Shown: positions 35,272 through 43,756 of the stretch, one piece after another | Layout of the letters: each line of letters starts with the position of its first letter | How positions within the stretch are numbered: position 1 is the stretch's first letter | Assembly: GCA_030641485.1 (NCBI GenBank) | Contig: DAOWHJ010000038.1 | Coordinates: 1 to 56,296, forward strand | DNA from: Pseudomonadota bacterium | GTDB taxonomy: Bacteria > Desulfobacterota > Anaeroferrophillalia > Anaeroferrophillales > Tharpellaceae | Length of the DNA: 56,296 nucleotides | Direction: 5' to 3' | Notes under the pieces: model-generated | What the model was told of the DNA's origin: nothing | Seen by the model: the letters and a program-made list of their open reading frames with translations, nothing else | Databases searched by the model: none | Position numbers and translations under genes: made by a program

Positions 35272-36720
35272 ATGTTATTAATTGAAACCATAGAGAACCC
35301 ACCATCAGCAGTGGCTCTGTTTCGCAAACTTGCGGAAAAACCGACACCGGCTTGGCTCGATGCAAATGTTGACGCCAAGAACTTGGGACGTTTCTCATTT
35401 CTGGCGGCTGACCCTTTCTTGAAGGTCACCGCTCATGGATTAAAAATAACTGAGGAAAATTGCATAAATGGCAAGAGAGAGGAGATTGAGAGCCCGTTTT
35501 TTCCGTACCTTGAGCAACTTCAAAAACGACTTTTCCGCCCTAAGGAGAGTGACTTTTTACCATTTGAAAGCGGTCTGATTGGATATTTAGGCTATGAGCT
35601 CGGGCATCAGGTTGAAAATTTTTCCCAAACAACCAAGAATGACCTTATGATGCCAGATGCCTTCTTCGGCGCTTACGATGCCGTGATTGCAATTGATCAT
35701 CAAACTGATACGACCTGGATTTTAGCTAGTGGTCTACCTGAAAAAAGCGGCACTACGGCCGCCCGCAACCGCGCCCAGCAACGCCTGAATGAACTACGAG
35801 AAGTTGTCGCTGCCGCCCGGCAATTTCACACTAGGCCTGCAACTCCAGCAAAAAAGCTGAGCAGGCAAAAAAACAGTGGGACCGAAAGTACTATCGCAAA
35901 CAGTCTGCAAGCAAATTTCAGCTATGCTGAATATAAATCAGCTATCACCAAGATCCTTGACTATATCGCCGCTGGAGACATCTACCAAGTCAACCTTTCA
36001 CAACGTTTTACCACCCCATTCTCGGGCAACAGTCGTGAGTTTTACCTCCATTTCCGCGACCTAAGCCCCGCCCCCTTCGGGGCCTACATTGAGACCGGGA
36101 AGCACTCCATCATGAGTAATTCACCGGAACGCTACTTGCTCATCAAGAAGAATTATATTGAAACCCGCCCGATCAAAGGCACGCGGCCACGCGGCCAAAC
36201 CTCGGAAGAGGATATAAAACTCGGCCAGGAACTTTTGGCCAGCCCCAAGGACCGGGCTGAACATATAATGATTGTTGATCTGGAAAGAAATGATTTAGGC
36301 CGGGTTGCCGATTATGGCACAGTCCATGTTTCTGAGATGCAAATCCTTGAAAGCTATGCCAATGTCCACCATATGGTTTCAACCGTGGCCGGAAAGATTC
36401 GCCAAGGAATGAGCAGCAGTGACTGTCTGCGCAACTCTTTTCCGGGCGGCTCCATTACCGGAGCCCCGAAACTACGGGCAATGGAGATCATTGACGAAAT
36501 CGAACCCTCTTGCCGCGGCGTCTACACCGGCTCAATCGGCTATTTTGACTTTTCCGGTGATCTTGATTTTAATATCGCCATCAGAACCGCTATCGCCTAC
36601 GCCGATAAGCTCTACTTTCAGGTTGGCGGTGGCATCGTTGCCGACTCCGACCCCGACGATGAATATCTTGAGACCCACACTAAAGCCGCCTCCTTCCGCA
36701 AAGCCTTGATGACATCATGA
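35272..36720 (+). CDS. pabB: Aminodeoxychorismate synthase component I (PabB, 482 aa)
   Basis: Chorismate-binding enzyme motifs SPERYL, GGSITGAPK and PIKGTRPRG. The Lys in PIKGT is characteristic of PabB, whereas anthranilate synthase TrpE has PIAGT. Confidence 0.8.
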   Translation: MLLIETIENPPSAVALFRKLAEKPTPAWLDANVDAKNLGRFSFLAADPFLKVTAHGLKITEENCINGKREEIESPFFPYLEQLQKRLFRPKESDFLPFESGLIGYLGYELGHQVENFSQTTKNDLMMPDAFFGAYDAVIAIDHQTDTTWILASGLPEKSGTTAARNRAQQRLNELREVVAAARQFHTRPATPAKKLSRQKNSGTESTIANSLQANFSYAEYKSAITKILDYIAAGDIYQVNLSQRFTTPFSGNSREFYLHFRDLSPAPFGAYIETGKHSIMSNSPERYLLIKKNYIETRPIKGTRPRGQTSEEDIKLGQELLASPKDRAEHIMIVDLERNDLGRVADYGTVHVSEMQILESYANVHHMVSTVAGKIRQGMSSSDCLRNSFPGGSITGAPKLRAMEIIDEIEPSCRGVYTGSIGYFDFSGDLDFNIAIRTAIAYADKLYFQVGGGIVADSDPDDEYLETHTKAASFRKALMTS

Positions 36721-37299
36721 GGTCGGTGTAAGTTCCGCTCGGATTATCTGCAAAAGATCCTTGGCTGACGGCAAGGGACCGTAATACTCATAGAGAACCT
36801 TCGCTCCAGCCGGAGTCATCCTCAAGATAAAGGTTGCCGGTATATTCTTCACTTTGACTTTTTCAGCTCGAGGGTCGGCAAAAAGTGGGTAGGGAATGGC
36901 GTAACGCTTTTTATAATATTCAACCTCCAAAAAGTCCTCCCCATAACCTAAGCCAATAAATTTAACCTTGTGAAAAAATCCTTCTTTTTTAACAGTTTTG
37001 TAGAGCTTATTTAAATCATCAGTCAAACCCTGACAGTGCGGACATCTGGTTTGAAAGACATTCGCCACCAAGATTTCAGTTTTAATCTCAGTCAAGAAAA
37101 ACATCCGTCTTGGTTTAAAAAAACCAAGATATGAGGCCATGCGATAGTCACTCGGTATGGTTAAAGATATTGGCCGTACCAGCTCGCGAGTTTTATGTGA
37201 AGTGGCGCAAGAGAGTAATAATAAAGCGATACCCACCGCGACCAACAATGAACCAGACAACCGCCTATAACTCACAAATCCACCCCCCTCAAATTGCAT
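36715..37299 (-). CDS. TlpA-like thioredoxin-fold thiol-disulfide oxidoreductase, exported (194 aa)
   Basis: N-terminal hydrophobic anchor (LLVAVGIALLLLSC) and a CPHC active-site motif (VFQTRCPHCQG). The 3' end overlaps the pabB 3' end by 6 nt (convergent). Confidence 0.65.
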   Translation of the reverse strand: MQFEGGGFVSYRRLSGSLLVAVGIALLLLSCATSHKTRELVRPISLTIPSDYRMASYLGFFKPRRMFFLTEIKTEILVANVFQTRCPHCQGLTDDLNKLYKTVKKEGFFHKVKFIGLGYGEDFLEVEYYKKRYAIPYPLFADPRAEKVKVKNIPATFILRMTPAGAKVLYEYYGPLPSAKDLLQIIRAELTPTS

Positions 37300-37412
37300 A
37301 AACAGATTCCATCCTGCTACACCGCATCACCATATTTGTCAAGTCTTGGGCCGAGTAGGTTAAATTTTCACGGTTGACAACCTGGCAACGTTAATATAGT
37401 TGTTTAGTTGTC

Positions 37413-37495
37413 GTAACTATTCCGCTAACCCGCATAAACCGGGTACACAATCCCGATTTCCTTAGGTAAATTAGGTTATGTCCCCAGTTTATGCT
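37413..37495. repeat. 83-nt palindromic intergenic element, family B copy 2
   Basis: Collinear with 24973-25055. The inverted repeat is GCATAAACCGGGTAC ... GTCCCCAGTTTATGC. It lies 18 nt upstream of the KS start. Confidence 0.6.
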
Positions 37496-37512
37496 GAGAC
37501 TAAGATCTATTG

Positions 37513-38742
37513 ATGAAGCAAAGACAAAAAAGATGGGTTCCGATTACCGGAATCGGCGCACTCAGCTGCTTGGGACTCGATTTCGGAAGTACATACGCGG
37601 CCCTATTTAAAGAGCGTCAGCTGCCAACTTTGCCGCGCCGTTTCAAACTTGGACATAAGATCAGTTATCCGGTTTTTGAGCTCCCACCTTCAAAACTTGA
37701 CTTAAGTGACCCGCGAGAGCCCTGGCTGCGCACCAGCCGGATGGCAATAGCTGCGGCGACGGAGGCCCTGACTGATGCGGGTTGGAACGATCTCTCTGAA
37801 CTGAAGCACCTGAAAGTCGGAGTCTGCATCGGAACAACGGTTGGCGGGAGCATGAATGACGAAAAATTTTACCGAGATTTCCGCGACCAGAAAACCCCCG
37901 ACATGCAACCGATCAATCGCTATCTCAATAGTAATCCAGCTGAGGTCCTCGCCAGAGTTTTTTCACTGTGCGGCCCTAGGCTGACGGTGGTTAATGCCTG
38001 TTCATCGGGTACTGATGCAATCTCTATCGGAGCTGAGTGGATAAAATCAGGTCTTTGTGATCTAGTATTGGCCGGCGGCAGTGATGAACTCTGCCGCGTC
38101 ACCTGTAACGGCTTTATCTCGCTAATGATCAGCGATCCACAACCCTGTCGCCCTTTTGATCAAAGTCGCAACGGACTTAACCTCGGTGAAGGGGCGGCAA
38201 TGTTAGTCTTAGAATCAGAAAAACTTTTACAGCAACGCCAAGTCTCGGGTACCAACCCGAGATCAGCACCACCCCGGGCTTTCATCGCGGGCTCAGGCTC
38301 ATCCTGTGATGCCTGGCACCTAACCGCTCCGCACCCTGAGGGGCGGGGGTTACGCAGAGCTTTAGAGCTGGCCTTAGATGATGCCAAGATAGAACCTGAG
38401 AAGATCACCTTTATCAACGCTCACGGCACGGCAACCAACAACAACGACTTAACCGAAGGCAAAGTTCTCAAAGAACTTTTTCCAAAGACCCCATTCTTTT
38501 CAACAAAAGGTCATACTGGGCACACATTAGGTGCTGCCGGAGCTCTTGAGGCCGCATTCACGATTGCGATGCTCCAAGAGCAAAAAATCCCACAAAGTTC
38601 AGGGTTTGCACAAATCGATCCGCAAATAGACCATGCTCCAACCAAATCCCCGCAAACAATTAACGGAACTTTCGCTTTGAGCCAATCACTGGCTTTTGGC
38701 GGCAATAATTCGGCCCTGCTAATCAGCCTTGGTGAAGATTAG
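37513..38742 (+). CDS. Beta-ketoacyl synthase, catalytic subunit (KS-alpha-like, 409 aa)
   Basis: VVNACSSGTDAISIG (Cys), INAHGTATNNND (His), TKGHTGHTLGAAG (His). ATG 37513 is preferred over TTG 37510. Confidence 0.85.
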   Translation: MKQRQKRWVPITGIGALSCLGLDFGSTYAALFKERQLPTLPRRFKLGHKISYPVFELPPSKLDLSDPREPWLRTSRMAIAAATEALTDAGWNDLSELKHLKVGVCIGTTVGGSMNDEKFYRDFRDQKTPDMQPINRYLNSNPAEVLARVFSLCGPRLTVVNACSSGTDAISIGAEWIKSGLCDLVLAGGSDELCRVTCNGFISLMISDPQPCRPFDQSRNGLNLGEGAAMLVLESEKLLQQRQVSGTNPRSAPPRAFIAGSGSSCDAWHLTAPHPEGRGLRRALELALDDAKIEPEKITFINAHGTATNNNDLTEGKVLKELFPKTPFFSTKGHTGHTLGAAGALEAAFTIAMLQEQKIPQSSGFAQIDPQIDHAPTKSPQTINGTFALSQSLAFGGNNSALLISLGED

Positions 38743-38743
38743 A

Positions 38744-39811
38744 ATGATCCCTTTGGCAATTAACGGTATAGGTCCGGTGGGCGCTTTCGGGGCCGGCATG
38801 GAGAAATGGCACTCTGCCCTCAATGGGAACATAGACGTTACGCCGGAGACCACCATCATCAAAACCCGGGATGGTGTTTATAATCTGCCGATTTTTCGGG
38901 CCTCCAGCAAGTCGCTGGCAAACTTTGTCAAGAGCCGGAAACTACGCCGCCTTGACAATTTTTCCCGTCTTGCCCTCCTCGGCGCAGCCCTCGCCGCTGA
39001 AGATGCTGAACCAACTATTATGGGCCCGCGCACTGGCCTGATTGTTGCCAGTGCCCACGGGGCGACTGCCACTACTTTCGCTTTCCTTGATTCAGTCATT
39101 AACGATGGTGATGCTCTCGCCTCACCAACCCTCTTCTCTAATTCAGTTCACAACGCCGCCGCATCCCATATTGCTGAACACTTCCAGATTACCGGACCGA
39201 ATTTAAGCCTAACTCAAGGGGCTGACTCTTTGGCAATGGCCCTTTTAACTGCCGCCCAGTGGCTTGAAAGTAACCGAATTGATACAATTTTATGCGGGAT
39301 TGTCGATTGTTATTGTGATGTTTTAGGCTACTGCTGGCAAAGCTACCAACAACAGTGCAACCCTGAAAACCCACCTCGCACTTACGGCCCCGGAGAGGGT
39401 AGCCTCTTTTTTCAACTCAGCCGAGCCGAAGCAAACGCTGCCAAACCAAAATATGGTTATCTCAACAAAATTGCACTAAATATCGCCGCCCCACCCACAA
39501 CTGAGTCCTTAATCTACAGCCGAACAGGCTCAGACACTAAACCACGAAGTACAGACTCAAAATCAGTTCCAGAAGCATACAAAAACCGGCTCCAAATAGA
39601 GACTACAACAATTTGCGGCGACCTACCAATCCCCGCAAGCTTTGACCTTGCGGCAGCGGCAATAATACTTTACGACAGGGGCACCTATAACCAGAAAAAA
39701 ACCCTGACAACGCCACCATTTACAGGTTCCACGATCTGCTGCTGGCAGCCGCAAAACCACCGAAAACCGTTGACAGGAAACTGTTATTGGATTACGAATC
39801 AATATGATTAA
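38744..39811 (+). CDS. KS-like protein lacking the catalytic Cys and His residues (chain-length-factor / ApeC-like partner, 355 aa)
   Basis: It has the KS fold pattern (INGIGPVGAFGAG..., GPGEGSLFFQLS), but the active-site position reads IVASAHGATA (Ala for Cys) and there are no HGT/GH motifs. ATG 38744 lies 1 nt after the KS-alpha stop. The ORF track also allows TTG 38729. Confidence 0.7.
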   Translation: MIPLAINGIGPVGAFGAGMEKWHSALNGNIDVTPETTIIKTRDGVYNLPIFRASSKSLANFVKSRKLRRLDNFSRLALLGAALAAEDAEPTIMGPRTGLIVASAHGATATTFAFLDSVINDGDALASPTLFSNSVHNAAASHIAEHFQITGPNLSLTQGADSLAMALLTAAQWLESNRIDTILCGIVDCYCDVLGYCWQSYQQQCNPENPPRTYGPGEGSLFFQLSRAEANAAKPKYGYLNKIALNIAAPPTTESLIYSRTGSDTKPRSTDSKSVPEAYKNRLQIETTTICGDLPIPASFDLAAAAIILYDRGTYNQKKTLTTPPFTGSTICCWQPQNHRKPLTGNCYWITNQYD

Positions 39812-40355
39812 GAGCCAAATAGTAACAGAAGAGATAATTTCATCCGTCTTAATCGGCGGAGGGGTCAGAAGCGGGAAAAGCAGCTTCGCCCAAACTATGG
39901 CCGAAGAGATGCCGGGTCGCCGGGCTTATCTGGCCACAGCTCAGGCCCTTGACCATGAGATGGAACAACGGATCGCCAAACACCAAGCTGATCGCGGTGA
40001 AAAATGGCACCAGACCATCGAAGAACCCTTGGAATTAACCGCCATATTAAAACAAGCAAGTTCCGAATTCGATGTTATTCTGGTTGATTGTTTAACCCTG
40101 TGGATCTCTAACCTTATGGGCCGCAACGACAGCGACCAGGAGATCATCGCGACCCTCGATCAACTTACTGACTGTTTGAATCAACTTCCGGCAAGTATCA
40201 TCCTGGTAACCAATGAAGTCGGTTTGGGGCTGGTGCCGGAACACCCCTTAGGCCGCCGCTTTCGCGACCTCTCAGGCTTCGCAAACCAACGTCTAGCTCA
40301 GGCCTGCCAGGAAGTTTACTTCACAGTCTGGGGCCTGCCGCAAAAACTAAAATAA
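39804..40355 (+). CDS. cobU: Adenosylcobinamide kinase / adenosylcobinamide-phosphate guanylyltransferase CobU (183 aa)
   Basis: P-loop GGGVRSGKSSFAQ, then YLATAQALDHEMEQRIAKHQADR and ILVTNEVGLGLVP. The ATG overlaps the KS-beta stop by 8 nt. Confidence 0.85.
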   Translation: MIKSQIVTEEIISSVLIGGGVRSGKSSFAQTMAEEMPGRRAYLATAQALDHEMEQRIAKHQADRGEKWHQTIEEPLELTAILKQASSEFDVILVDCLTLWISNLMGRNDSDQEIIATLDQLTDCLNQLPASIILVTNEVGLGLVPEHPLGRRFRDLSGFANQRLAQACQEVYFTVWGLPQKLK

Positions 40356-40359
40356 CCAC

Positions 40360-41112
40360 ATGACAACACTAATAACCCAAATCCGCTTAGCCCTCTCTTT
40401 TCTTACCACTTTACCCGCCGGCTCTTTCAGCACTGAGGTTCCCGAAGAGACTTTAGGTAAAACCCAAGCCTGGTTCCCCTTGGTGGGGCTGCTACAGGGT
40501 CTCATCCTGCTCGCAGGCGGACTCTTTTTCCAGATTTTTCTCACACCGGCAATTACAGCGGCCTTAATCCTACTGCTTCATTTTCTCCTTACGGGCGGTT
40601 TTCATCTCGACGGAATTGCCGATACTGCCGATGGCCTGATGAGCGGTAAAGTTGATACTGAAAAAATATTTGCGATCATGAAAGACAGTTTATTGGGCAG
40701 TATGGGAGCAACCGCACTGATCCTTTTGCTCCTACTTAAATTTAGCGCTCTCCTCGTGATTATCAAAGAGACCCCTTTAGCTTTAGCCCTCTTCCCAATC
40801 TTTGGCCGTTACGCGATTGTTCAGCTTACATTCAGCGCCAATTATGCTCGTTCAGAAGGCGGCTTGGGTGCTATATTCACCAACCACTGCGGCCAACGTG
40901 AACTACTTATTGCCGCCGCGACAAGTTTAATTGCCGGGCTCATTTTTGCCGGTTTTGCTGGTTTGTTAAGTTTTTTTGCCGTAGTTATCTATTTAATATT
41001 TATCCGCTCCGCCGCCCAACGCAAACTCAATGGTGTAACTGGCGACATTTTAGGCTTTGCCTGTGAAAGCAGTGAAGCCTTAGCCCTGATCATGCTCGTT
41101 GCCACCGCATAA
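40360..41112 (+). CDS. cobS: Adenosylcobinamide-GDP ribazoletransferase (cobalamin synthase) CobS (250 aa)
   Basis: Polytopic membrane protein with the HLDGIADTADGL motif. It starts 4 nt after the cobU stop. Confidence 0.85.
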   Translation: MTTLITQIRLALSFLTTLPAGSFSTEVPEETLGKTQAWFPLVGLLQGLILLAGGLFFQIFLTPAITAALILLLHFLLTGGFHLDGIADTADGLMSGKVDTEKIFAIMKDSLLGSMGATALILLLLLKFSALLVIIKETPLALALFPIFGRYAIVQLTFSANYARSEGGLGAIFTNHCGQRELLIAAATSLIAGLIFAGFAGLLSFFAVVIYLIFIRSAAQRKLNGVTGDILGFACESSEALALIMLVATA

Positions 41113-41133
41113 CCTACAAAAAATGAGATAAGA

Positions 41134-41754
41134 ATGGAGAACCGTTTTACAACTTTATATCTTTTGCGCCATGGAGAAACCGTCAATACTTTAGATGGTC
41201 CCTTACGCTACAACGGCCACTTTGATGTTGACATAACGGCAAAAGCCCGGGCCCAGATGGTTCAGCGGGGACTTGAATTTGCAGCGCTTGAGATCTCGGC
41301 AGTCTACGCCAGCGACCTTAAACGCTGTCGTATAGGTGGCGAAATTATTGCTAAAAAAACCGGCTGTTCACTGACTTTAAGCGAAAATCTTAGAGAGATG
41401 AAAATGGGTGATTGGGAAGGTTTGACTCTGGCTGAAGTTAGCAAACGTTTTCCCGAACAGGTAGAACAAAAATTTGCCGATTTCATCAACTACCGTATCC
41501 CTGGCAGTGAAACTATCAAAGAGGTCGAAGAACGTATCTATCCCGAATTCGACAGAATCATCGCCCAACATTGCGGAGAAACTATTGTCATAGTCGCTCA
41601 TGGTGGGGTTAATCTGCTCTTTATCGCAAAAATCTTGGGCTTACTAAGTTCAGACATTTTCAATTTAAGCCAGAATTTTGGTTGCATAAATAAAATCCTG
41701 ATCGGAGATGATTTCAACAAAATAGAGATGCTGAACAGCTCCGGTCTCCATTAA
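41134..41754 (+). CDS. cobC: Alpha-ribazole phosphatase CobC-like histidine phosphatase (206 aa)
   Basis: LYLLRHGET (RHG catalytic motif), IVIVAHGG, and position directly after cobS. Confidence 0.7.
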   Translation: MENRFTTLYLLRHGETVNTLDGPLRYNGHFDVDITAKARAQMVQRGLEFAALEISAVYASDLKRCRIGGEIIAKKTGCSLTLSENLREMKMGDWEGLTLAEVSKRFPEQVEQKFADFINYRIPGSETIKEVEERIYPEFDRIIAQHCGETIVIVAHGGVNLLFIAKILGLLSSDIFNLSQNFGCINKILIGDDFNKIEMLNSSGLH

Positions 41755-41785
41755 GCATTTTGCGTATCAACCAAGGAACAAAAAA

Positions 41786-42526
41786 ATGACCTGCATGCAG
41801 AATGATTACCGCCAACAACGCCGCAAACTCAACCGAAAACTGTTTTTTTCTATTGCGCTCTTACTGTCAGGAACTCTTCTGCTGTTTTCCGCTTGTAGCA
41901 CCAACCCGGAAAAGCCCGCAACCGATTTAGAACTGCCTGGAAAAGCAACAGAAACTAGGCCAGCTCTAAAAAAACTTGAGCTTGGATTCTACCAGCAAGG
42001 TATTGCTTCATGGTATGGCCATCCTTTCCATGGCCAAGCGACTGCCAGCGGTGAAACTTACGATATGCACGGTCCGACAGCGGCCCATAAAAGGCTTCCT
42101 TTAGGGACTAAAGTGCTGGTAACCAACCTCGAAAATCAGCGACAGATTGAGGTGACCATTAACGACCGCGGCCCCTTTGTCAAAAATCGTATTATTGACC
42201 TCTCCAAAAGTGGTGCTCAAGAGCTGAAGATAATAAAAAACGGCACCGCCATGGTCCGACTTGACATCACCGAACTCCCGGAGAGTATCTCAATCTCCGA
42301 AAACCACCCTTTTGCCATCCAGTTCGGAGCCTTTACAAATAAGAAACAAGCATTAAATTTGCAAAAAAAGATTGCGCCCAAAAACAGTGCGATTTTCATC
42401 GATAAGGTTCAACGCAGCACTGGTGTTATTTACCGGGTCCGCCTCGGCTGGTTTAACAGCCGGGATGCAGCTCACAATGAGGCTCGTCGCCTCGGTTTTC
42501 GTAACGCCCATATTTTTCGCCGCTGA
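41786..42526 (+). CDS. rlpA: Septal ring lytic transglycosylase RlpA family lipoprotein (DPBB + SPOR, 246 aa)
   Basis: Lipobox LLFSAC. DPBB motif GIASWYGHPFHGQATASGETYDM...AHKRLPLGTKVLVTNLENQRQIEVTINDRGPF. C-terminal SPOR-like FAIQFGAFTNKKQALNL...YRVRLGWFNSRDAA. Confidence 0.85.
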   Translation: MTCMQNDYRQQRRKLNRKLFFSIALLLSGTLLLFSACSTNPEKPATDLELPGKATETRPALKKLELGFYQQGIASWYGHPFHGQATASGETYDMHGPTAAHKRLPLGTKVLVTNLENQRQIEVTINDRGPFVKNRIIDLSKSGAQELKIIKNGTAMVRLDITELPESISISENHPFAIQFGAFTNKKQALNLQKKIAPKNSAIFIDKVQRSTGVIYRVRLGWFNSRDAAHNEARRLGFRNAHIFRR

Positions 42527-42565
42527 CAACAAAAGCTGAACACTTACTAAATAAAAGGCAACAAA

Positions 42566-43723
42566 ATGGCAATACCTTCCATCATCACAGTTCACGAACC
42601 TGTAGACAATCACGATTTTCTTGAGCGCTGCTGTAAACTTCCACCACTATTCACCTGCACCATCGCCTCGACCGAAACGGCGTTGATCCCCGGAGTATCA
42701 GCGGCGGGAGCCAGTCCGGAACTAATCCCTTATACTGCGGCAGCCGATGTTGAAGCGATCATTTACGGTCAGGCTCTCTGTTTAGGTAAAATCCCGGAAA
42801 ACCCGGTCGGCCCACCCTCCCCTGTAATCATCACCATGGCCGCTTTAAAAGAGCTTAATGCCCCATTTTTTGTCGTTGATGCGGGTAATGCGATAACACC
42901 AAAGGTGCCAATGTTTACGGCCGGACGTGAGCCGGGACTCTCCCTGACGGCACCGGAAGCGGTAGCCAAGGTTGAAGAACTATTTTTACAAGGAGTTATT
43001 ATTGGCCAACAACTTGCAACCAATAAGCATACTTTAATTCTCGGCGAAAGTGTACCTGGCGGCACGACTACAGCAATGGCAGTTATGGAAGCATTAGGGA
43101 TTTCCGCCTTAGGAAAAATCAGCGGCAGTATGCCCGGAAACAATCAAAATTTGAAGCAAGAACTCGTCTGCCGGGCCATGCGAGAAAAAAATTTAGGGCG
43201 CGGCACGCTCCTGAGTGACCCCCTAACTGCAGTGCGTCTTTTAGGAGACCCGATGCAGGCGGTTCAAGCCGGAATTGCCATGAGTGCCAGTCAGAAAATC
43301 CCAGTTCTCCTAGCGGGCGGAACCCAGATGATCGCGGTTGCAGCCCTGATTGGCGCTCTCCTCAACCACCCGACCGCATTGACCTCCATGACCCTGCCTG
43401 GGAGCCAAGGTTTAATCAACTCAGCCTTGAAAGCCCAAACCAAAAACATTGCAATTGCAACCACCGCCTGGGTCTCTGAAGATAAATCTGCCGACCTGCG
43501 CTCTTTGATGGAGCAGCTACCTCAAGCTCTACCGCTCTACGCAGCGGGACTTGACTTTTCCAGCTCACGCCACAAAAATCTGCAACTCTATGAAGAGGGC
43601 TACGTCAAAGAAGGAGTTGGTGCCGGAGCGCTGGCCTTAAGCGCAATGCTCTATCACAATTTAGAAAACAGAGAGTTTCTGCCCATGATTGAGAAAGTCT
43701 ATGAAGACATTTATCTTTGCTGA
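42566..43723 (+). CDS. TIGR00303/UPF0284-type protein (archaeal-type CobT-like phosphoribosyltransferase candidate, 385 aa)
   Basis: FTCTIASTETALIPGVSAAGASPE...ADVEAI...GESVPGGTTTAMAV resembles the UPF0284 family proposed as the archaeal CobT counterpart. It sits in a cobUSC context. Recalled from memory, not verified by HMM. Confidence 0.55.
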   Translation: MAIPSIITVHEPVDNHDFLERCCKLPPLFTCTIASTETALIPGVSAAGASPELIPYTAAADVEAIIYGQALCLGKIPENPVGPPSPVIITMAALKELNAPFFVVDAGNAITPKVPMFTAGREPGLSLTAPEAVAKVEELFLQGVIIGQQLATNKHTLILGESVPGGTTTAMAVMEALGISALGKISGSMPGNNQNLKQELVCRAMREKNLGRGTLLSDPLTAVRLLGDPMQAVQAGIAMSASQKIPVLLAGGTQMIAVAALIGALLNHPTALTSMTLPGSQGLINSALKAQTKNIAIATTAWVSEDKSADLRSLMEQLPQALPLYAAGLDFSSSRHKNLQLYEEGYVKEGVGAGALALSAMLYHNLENREFLPMIEKVYEDIYLC

Positions 43724-43756
43724 TATCTAACTGAGAAAAATGCCGGTAAAAATTGA

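Noticed and set aside
36715-36720. 6-nt overlap of the convergent pabB and tlpA-like 3' ends as a regulatory feature
   Set aside because: Short convergent overlaps are common. No terminator or antisense structure is evident, so there is nothing to support a specific mechanism.
37300-37512. Cobalamin riboswitch upstream of the KS-cobUSC operon
   Set aside because: I looked for the B12-box (GCCACTG-like) and the conserved GGGAA/GGTG core and found neither. The structured sequence here is the family B repeat, which also occurs upstream of an unrelated gene in the opposite orientation.
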